IMG/VR virus record: IMGVR_UViG_3300020438_000007
Span: 62,001-126,000 of that record
Length of the DNA stretch: 64,000 nt
Strand: one strand, 5' to 3'
The notes beneath the pieces were generated by a model that was not told the DNA's origin, did not search any database, and saw nothing but the letters and a program-made list of their open reading frames with translations. Both the position numbers and the translations under genes were made by a program. This document shows positions 58,701 to 64,000 of this stretch, in pieces (positions within the stretch are counted from its first letter, which is position 1; each line of letters opens with the position of its first letter).

Positions 58701-60157
58701 GCGTAGTCACCACCAGATTGGATGGCGTTTGCCTCAGCGGTTTTGAAGGTGTGAGCAAACTGTGCAGAACCTGTGTATTGAACACTTAAGTTTCTGATTC
58801 TAACAGTAGCACCAATTCCAATTTCAGGAGCACCACCAAGACCAATAGCAGTGATCGTTGCAAGACCAACCGCACCGTTGTAGGTCATACCCAAGACGGT
58901 GAATACGTTACCTCCAGATAGACACTCAAACTCGATGTCTTGTAACTGAACGAACGTACCAGTGTTTAACAGACCGTGACCAGGCGCAGTAACCGTTGCC
59001 ACACCAGTGGAAGCGGTATACACCATATTGGTGACATCTGTTGTAGGACGAGCAGATTGGCAAGCCGATTTAATAGTCTTAAACGCCAAGTTAGGTGCAA
59101 GACCATTGTTTCCGTCTAATCCGTCTTCGGAGTCAACGTAGTAAATTCTTGTTTGGTTACCTACAATCTCGTAGCCTGGCATTCCATTTGACTGAACTGC
59201 AAGTGCATAACCTGTAGAACCAATACCGATTCTTACATTACCTGAGTTGTAACTTAGTACGTCACCTTTGGTATTAAGAGCAGCGGATGAATCTCCTGAT
59301 GCAAGTACTTCCCAGAAGGTTCCAATACCAGCAGTAGGAAGAACATTCTTGTGAGAGTTACCAACAGAAACATAAGAATCTGAACCATATCTTGCAACAT
59401 GGCCTGGATGGTAGTCAAAGGTAGTGGAGAAACCGCCTTTGAAATTAAATCCCTTAACAAGTAAATCCCATACTTGTGTACCGTTGTAAGATTGTGGGAA
59501 GATTGATCCTAGACCAACCTGTAATGGAGAAACGTTAGTTGTAATACCGATTTTATGACGGTAGATATTACCACCATACTGTACTAAGTCTCCTCTGAAG
59601 TAAGTACCTTCTTGGTATGTTGAAGCCGCACCAGCAAGACCATCAGATAAGATGCTCCATCTTGCAGCTGGGTCTGTAGAAACACCCAAATACTGTGGAG
59701 GTTGGAATCCAGCAGTTGATGTGGATAACGCAACATAGGATGAACCGTTGTAGTTTACAACGTCACCTGATTGATATTCGGTAGTTAGATCCCACTCACC
59801 TTCGTTTTGGAATCCTTTTACATATTCTGAAACTTTCGTCTTATCGATGAAGGTTCCTTCTGATGTGTGAGCAGTGGTTACTCTGTAGACAACGTTACCG
59901 TATTTTACTAGATCGTTGATACGATAGTAAACTCCAGCAGCCCACTGTCCTTTTTGTTCTAGACCTTCAATATGGACGTTCCATTTGGAAAGGTCGTTAG
60001 CGTAAAAGTCACTGATGCTTCCTGTTGACGTGTGGTTTATAACCGCCACATAAGTGTTACCACCAAACTTGGCGATATCGTCAATCAAATAGGCTTTGGA
60101 TGTAGTCCAATCACCTGTCCAGTTGAATTTTACTCTTCCAAGTCTAAACTCAGCCAT
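55718..60157 (-). CDS. Large modular tail fibre / receptor-binding virion protein
   Basis: N-terminal W..x..Y...D.V.YGG..Y repeats, YYVD..G.D...G...AFKTI beta-helix entry, TxAxYxxxTG repeats, C-terminal LPATP..GD.V module. Confidence 0.8.
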   Translation of the reverse strand: MAEFRLGRVKFNWTGDWTTSKAYLIDDIAKFGGNTYVAVINHTSTGSISDFYANDLSKWNVHIEGLEQKGQWAAGVYYRINDLVKYGNVVYRVTTAHTSEGTFIDKTKVSEYVKGFQNEGEWDLTTEYQSGDVVNYNGSSYVALSTSTAGFQPPQYLGVSTDPAARWSILSDGLAGAASTYQEGTYFRGDLVQYGGNIYRHKIGITTNVSPLQVGLGSIFPQSYNGTQVWDLLVKGFNFKGGFSTTFDYHPGHVARYGSDSYVSVGNSHKNVLPTAGIGTFWEVLASGDSSAALNTKGDVLSYNSGNVRIGIGSTGYALAVQSNGMPGYEIVGNQTRIYYVDSEDGLDGNNGLAPNLAFKTIKSACQSARPTTDVTNMVYTASTGVATVTAPGHGLLNTGTFVQLQDIEFECLSGGNVFTVLGMTYNGAVGLATITAIGLGGAPEIGIGATVRIRNLSVQYTGSAQFAHTFKTAEANAIQSGGDYAHTFNSCAANGVSIVGGSSVTPTGATYDPSNGNFTMTLTGHSLSTSDKVTIGDNAFTFTCTMNNNATQKTYPRPGKDPARGQQLSITGTTTDTFTVNVGSSPIINHQPTAVSYNQATGDMVCTIGAHSLTVGTSVKLAEDGLTFRCSMDGYTTDHAYPRAVAGDGNPDPAYNTALNITSVTTNTITINVGTASDNQTITGKFPAVHTQGSYEFLVQGVPDSNSITLNVGVSTTDYLYVSGGTAFVGLTTTKYPDKVSKSYYEVLQVDNSDSFKVNVGISTINHTYVEGGKVTDLTPAILKLSASQFYEQLPVTVPPFTSIVGNALRGSQVLPKEGTSDDSTTPNNRSHMFKMSDATTIQAISMKGMEGFYYDPNAPLELDNANLRTGIGTTAAGVFISLNPDSPIDNKSPYVKDCTCFSDPATESGRFGGGGVGVFIDGGVHDTGAKSMVFDAFTHVASDGAGYILDKGAIAEIVSCFTYYAKWGYYSGGGSRIRGVGGNNSYGDYGVISSGFSTDEVPRTAKVFGDMMEVQGTTKSGTVALGATMFGQTSKATGWFLNDQISADKIYFKYQTGYGNAGIGTTGFVDSEIIWFGAGAEQSSGVGSITVGAAASSTTGQKGTILEVDQTSATLLIGDAIGFQTSLYGADDRFYIINTITGVSVASTFYEWQAGSVAGVQTVFSNRATLTISPEKSNGTWDTRHLGTNNSSDIKIRTLFSQARLTGHDFLAVGTGNKTETGYPNVNLANVIQGQETNVFGPGKVFFVSTDQGGNFRVGDFFSVDQLTGRATLDASAFNLSGLTELRLGAIGGQVGEAINEFSSDETLAGNSNTACPTEFATKGFLTRAKMGTKAMTPPVGTTGQRPGGIDDEFNTGCLRFNTTLGALEYYNGTAWIQPGVPQYSTVASSGSVVAGTKYFVNTGGGQVTLTLPATPNLGDEVTFMDVAKTFDSNALVCARNGKNIQGDASDLTVQTESAAFTLIFSGDTYGWRIFSI

Positions 60158-60197
60158 TTTTTCTCCGTGTAATTATCTGAGGGTTTTGGGATTTTAA

Positions 60198-60602
60198 TTA
60201 AGTTGGTCCGATGCTTTCATAAGCATAGTTAGGACCATTAAATCTTATAACGAAAAAGCCATCATCGTCTATGTAATAGTATAAGTTTCTTCGATCAAAG
60301 CGAATCTGTTGGTATTTATCATTCGGATCATCTATGAGTTTTTTCTCAGTAGCGATATCACTACGAATAACTGATGTTTTACCAACACCAACATCGTAAG
60401 TACCATAATCTAAACCATCACCGAATTCTGGTATAGCAGTTCCATCGTTACGATAGAATTCTCCTAATTCTGTTGAAGCAGCACTAACTTTAGAAAAAAG
60501 TAGCATCCCTTCTGCATCTCTTCTGAGTGCATACACGAAAAAACCCGACGATTCGGAGGGGTCAAACTGTCCAGAAATAGAATTACTTAGCGTAAGTGCC
60601 AT
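60198..60602 (-). CDS. Hypothetical virion-associated protein
   Basis: 134-aa ORF in the late structural operon. Confidence 0.6.
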   Translation of the reverse strand: MALTLSNSISGQFDPSESSGFFVYALRRDAEGMLLFSKVSAASTELGEFYRNDGTAIPEFGDGLDYGTYDVGVGKTSVIRSDIATEKKLIDDPNDKYQQIRFDRRNLYYYIDDDGFFVIRFNGPNYAYESIGPT

Positions 60603-60604
60603 TT

Positions 60605-61063
60605 TTAACTAGCCCTATTGTTGAATACTTTCCAAAGGGATCCATTCCAAATAAAAGTCACTGACGCACCCGAAACGTCCATGATGAAAGGAGAAGATTC
60701 TTTAACTAAATGTCCGTTTTCAAAACTGTATATTGATGTAACGTTAATAGGATGAATGCTAAAGAAGTTAGCAAAATCTTCGATCCATACCCAGTCACCA
60801 ACCGCACGAGGAGTTGGCATGGCAAGATCAAATCCATCAGGACTATTTTGGGAATCAACAGTATATTTTTGGTTTGTACTCAATGGATAAGTTCCAGATA
60901 CAAACGTCCATCTTGCTCTAGCAAGTTCAAATCCGCCAGGAGTAGCCCCGTCGTGTACAACAGCCGTATTCTTATCTGTGTCTACTGTTATCTCGGCTAG
61001 AGCTCCAGTAAAGTTAAAGTGTTCAGCTGTAGTTCCTTTTCTAAATTGAACCTGCTTGGTCAT
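60605..61063 (-). CDS. Mtd-N-like fibre attachment domain protein
   Basis: VQFRKGTTAEH..F.GALAEITVDTDK....VHDG.T.GG N-terminal motif. Confidence 0.7.
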   Translation of the reverse strand: MTKQVQFRKGTTAEHFNFTGALAEITVDTDKNTAVVHDGATPGGFELARARWTFVSGTYPLSTNQKYTVDSQNSPDGFDLAMPTPRAVGDWVWIEDFANFFSIHPINVTSIYSFENGHLVKESSPFIMDVSGASVTFIWNGSLWKVFNNRAS

Positions 61064-61096
61064 GAATCAGATGTCCAATAGTTATGCTTCTCCATT

Positions 61097-61104
61097 TATT
61101 TATA
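61097..61104 (-). promoter_or_regulatory. T4-type late promoter TATAAATA
   Basis: Exact consensus upstream of 60605..61063. Confidence 0.78.
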
Positions 61105-61108
61105 GGAT

Positions 61109-64000
61109 TTAGATTATGACAACATAAGTTCTACCTTCTTCGATGACCGCATACTCTGTTTCGGCATTACCAAAGGTGTTAACTTGACCAATTCCAACGT
61201 AAGTTGCCCGAGCGAGAGATTCCTTAGATCCAGCAAGTCCTTTGAATCTTCCTTGACTCTCGTACCCAGCAAAGGTAAAGGATTCGACAGCTGATCCACT
61301 TGTCTGGTAAAGAACTGCAACACCAATACCAATCGAAGGTGTGAAATCGACAAATGGGTGTACAAGAGGTGTATTGGAGAATGTAAATGTTCCAGATGTG
61401 CCTGGATCTTTGTCGTCTCCGTAGTATCCAAATACTTGGATTTGTTTTGTAGCACCAACACCAGAGATTGTAGTAATGCCAGATGTGCCTGGATCTCTGT
61501 CGTCTCCATAGTATCCGTAAACCTGATTGATTTCGGTAAGTGCAGATGCACCCTTGAGATCGAAGAGGACTGTGCCTTCCAGATCGTCCGCTGTAAATCT
61601 GACAATAGATGAACCAGAGAAGGTAGCAGTACCAACACCAATTTCTCTGAAGAATCCTTGTTCTCTTGCACTTCCAGAGAATGTAACAATACCAGAACCA
61701 GTGAAAGCTGGAGTGTAATCGATGTCTGGATGTGTAAGTTCTCCAGATAATGTGAATGTACCAGATGGAACGAAGTCTTGGAATACTTGGAAGTATCTTG
61801 TTTCTGCAACACCTGTGATATCTGTAAGAATTGATCTTGCAGCAGATGGTTCGACGGTTGCCTCTGCAGCACCACCAAGAATACTGAATGTACCAGAACC
61901 TGTTGGAGACAGTCTGATACCAGTAACAACTCTTTGATCGTTGCTGAGTGTAAGAGTTCCAGATCCGTTGAACTGGCGTTGACGGAAGGCAACACTTTCT
62001 CCAGACAGTGTAATTGTTGCAGTATCTTCTGGAGTCTGAGCAGAGAAGGATTCTTCTGCCGTTCCGTTGAATATAGAAGTTCCAGCGACAAGTTCTGCAG
62101 CAGCTGTTGCTTCTGCAATACCACCAACTGCGAATAGAGAACCAGAACCAACTTCGACGGATGATGTTGCTTCGTCTTGACCAGAACCACTGTAAGTAAA
62201 TGTGCCGCCGCCAGATGCTTGAACAGATGTTCTCTCGATTGTGAGAATACCACCTTCCTGACGAATAGTGATACCACCAGATGTGCCTGGATCTTTGTCG
62301 TCTCCATAGTATCCAAATACAGAAATTGGTCTTGCTTCTGCACCAGATGTCTGGAAGTCGAATAGGAGAGATCCAGCACCAAATTCTGTTGCAGGGATAA
62401 ATCTCTCTTTTGCACCAAACTCAACACCGTTAAGATCGCCAATTCCATCATCACCAATTTGACCATTGGCCTCAGTACCAATACCGAGAATGTAGATCGT
62501 ACCATCAGTAAGAATAGGAGCGTTGGTACGACCGATTGCCTTACCGTTAAGACTGATAATACCAGAGGTAGGATATTTGGGTACGAACCTTGTGGTAACA
62601 ATGCCAGGATCTCCGTACTCTCCTCCAGTACCGCCAGGCAAGAAGGTAAAACCTGTTTCGATACCAATGTTCCTTTCGATACCATAATGAGGTGTGAAGT
62701 CGATTTGTGGGTGATTGAGTTCTCCACTGAGTCGTAGAGTTGCCTTCTGAGATTGAGAAGCAAAGGCTGCACTGAGATCTGTATATCCACCACCAAAGAT
62801 GTGTAGGTAAGTTCCTTCTGGAGGATCGAAGCTCGATCTCTCGATAGATGCTCCAGAGAATGTAGTAATACCAGAAGCGGGTGGAACGATAATCCTTCTG
62901 TAGGTTGTAAACCCAACAGCTTGAGTTTGTTGAAGGGTGATATTTCCAGATCCAACAAAGTCTTTGGTGACACTCTCGTTTGCAGTATCGTAGATATCGA
63001 ATAGAACAGTTCCTTCTGGAGTCTGAGCAATGTATCTTTCTTCTGCACCACTAACGAAGTCGAATAGAGATGTTGTACTACTTGCAACTGCAACTCTCTC
63101 GACTCCAGTACCAGATACGATAAGTGAACCAGAACCAACCCAACTTGGGATGAACTGAGTAATCGTGTCCGAGATCTGTGGGAATACAAGTTTTCCGTAT
63201 GGGAAACGAGATTCTGTTGGTGCTGGCTCTGTAATGAATCCAGCATCTTCGTAACCCTGATTGATTTCTTGTGAATTGAAACCAGTGTAGTGTGGATATA
63301 AGAATTGATCGTATGCAGGTCCGCCAACAGAACTGATGCCAAGTTCACCGTAGTCTTGAGACACAGTGTTGTCATCAAATCCGATACCATATTGACTAGT
63401 CTTATCGAAGGAAGGTAATATCTCAACACCACCAGATCCTTGGTCGTATGTGAGACCACCGTTACTAAAGAGAACGTCTTGAGAGTATCTGTTGAGTTCG
63501 TCATCAAATGTTTCAGTACCAGAAGCCTGTCCAAGTATGTTGAGTCCGAATCCAAAGCTTGGGTCTCCAAGAATACCACCGTAGTTTTCGTTCTCAGTAC
63601 CAAAGAGTATAGAAGACTCATTGTAAGAATCTGTATTCTTCTCACCAGATGCCGCACCATTGACGAATAATGTTCCGCCAAACTCGTTTTCTTTGTGTTG
63701 TATAACTCTTGCGTATGTCTGATTCTCTTCTCTACCCTGACTGAAGGTTCCTGTACCAACACCAGAGATATGTGGTGCAAATACCTGACCAGCAGTACCA
63801 CCAAGATATGAGTAGTCTCCCTGTAAGTATGCCTTGGTACTGGATTCAACTGCACCACCGATACTGAATAATGTACCAGATCCTTCTGGTATGACTGGTG
63901 TAATAGACTCGTTACCAGTACCATTAATTGTAAATTGACCTTCTTCACCAAATACTGTATGTTGTGGAGCCTGTGATAACCATAGTTCTCCAGATATGAA
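61109..64000 (-). CDS. Giant Gly/Ser/Thr-rich virion structural protein, 5'-truncated by the window (>964 aa)
   Basis: Hand translation shows the frame of 61109..63364 continues without a stop to 64000 (FISGELWLSQAP...); repeated GSG-T(F/L) and GYYGDD.DPGTSG motifs. Confidence 0.85.
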   Translation of the reverse strand, partial: FISGELWLSQAPQHTVFGEEGQFTINGTGNESITPVIPEGSGTLFSIGGAVESSTKAYLQGDYSYLGGTAGQVFAPHISGVGTGTFSQGREENQTYARVIQHKENEFGGTLFVNGAASGEKNTDSYNESSILFGTENENYGGILGDPSFGFGLNILGQASGTETFDDELNRYSQDVLFSNGGLTYDQGSGGVEILPSFDKTSQYGIGFDDNTVSQDYGELGISSVGGPAYDQFLYPHYTGFNSQEINQGYEDAGFITEPAPTESRFPYGKLVFPQISDTITQFIPSWVGSGSLIVSGTGVERVAVASSTTSLFDFVSGAEERYIAQTPEGTVLFDIYDTANESVTKDFVGSGNITLQQTQAVGFTTYRRIIVPPASGITTFSGASIERSSFDPPEGTYLHIFGGGYTDLSAAFASQSQKATLRLSGELNHPQIDFTPHYGIERNIGIETGFTFLPGGTGGEYGDPGIVTTRFVPKYPTSGIISLNGKAIGRTNAPILTDGTIYILGIGTEANGQIGDDGIGDLNGVEFGAKERFIPATEFGAGSLLFDFQTSGAEARPISVFGYYGDDKDPGTSGGITIRQEGGILTIERTSVQASGGGTFTYSGSGQDEATSSVEVGSGSLFAVGGIAEATAAAELVAGTSIFNGTAEESFSAQTPEDTATITLSGESVAFRQRQFNGSGTLTLSNDQRVVTGIRLSPTGSGTFSILGGAAEATVEPSAARSILTDITGVAETRYFQVFQDFVPSGTFTLSGELTHPDIDYTPAFTGSGIVTFSGSAREQGFFREIGVGTATFSGSSIVRFTADDLEGTVLFDLKGASALTEINQVYGYYGDDRDPGTSGITTISGVGATKQIQVFGYYGDDKDPGTSGTFTFSNTPLVHPFVDFTPSIGIGVAVLYQTSGSAVESFTFAGYESQGRFKGLAGSKESLARATYVGIGQVNTFGNAETEYAVIEEGRTYVVII
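61392..62320. repeat. Three ~44-bp near-identical direct repeats (61392-61435, 61479-61522, 62277-62320)
   Basis: ccagatgtgcctggatctYtgtcgtctccRtagtatcc..; copies 1 and 3 are identical at 43/44 positions; encode GYYGDD(K/R)DPGTSG. Confidence 0.85.

Noticed and set aside
61392-62320. Diversity-generating retroelement TR/VR pair or CRISPR mini-array
   Set aside because: Repeats are in-frame coding, irregularly spaced and too short; differences are not adenine-specific; no reverse transcriptase or cas gene in the window

Overview
The window is a 64-kb segment of a T4-like marine cyanomyovirus genome. It is AT-rich and almost entirely coded on the minus strand. pebS and the low GC favour a Prochlorococcus/Synechococcus host; no closer identification is possible from sequence alone. 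In transcription order (high to low coordinates) it contains: (i) the 3' part of a giant virion protein that runs off the window end, a 1479-aa tail-fibre-like protein, three paralogous Cys-rich proteins and a tail-fibre chaperone; (ii) a ~10-kb accessory island with an ADP-heptose pathway, a GT9-like transferase, a carbamoyltransferase, a flavin-dependent halogenase and several 2OG-Fe(II)-type oxygenases; (iii) the T4 core morphogenesis block gp13 to gp23 plus gp3; (iv) uvsY, uvsW, gp55, gp47, gp46; (v) cobS/vWA-peptidase and pebS; (vi) the replication block gp45, gp44, gp62, regA, hsp20, gp43, uvsX. It also holds a structured ncRNA (manA/CfrI-like) co-transcribed with an atypical tRNA-Gly(UCC). 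The most unusual signals are: a +1 reading frame that stays open for >960 codons inside the terminal giant gene; a tRNA-Gly lacking the D-loop GG and TTC T-loop, near a Mom/DUF4338-like GNAT gene; a possibly complete heptose/carbamoyl modification island with two non-canonical enzymes beside the fibre genes; and a triplet of ~11% Cys fibre-tip-like paralogues. All family assignments come from recalled motifs; no searches were run.
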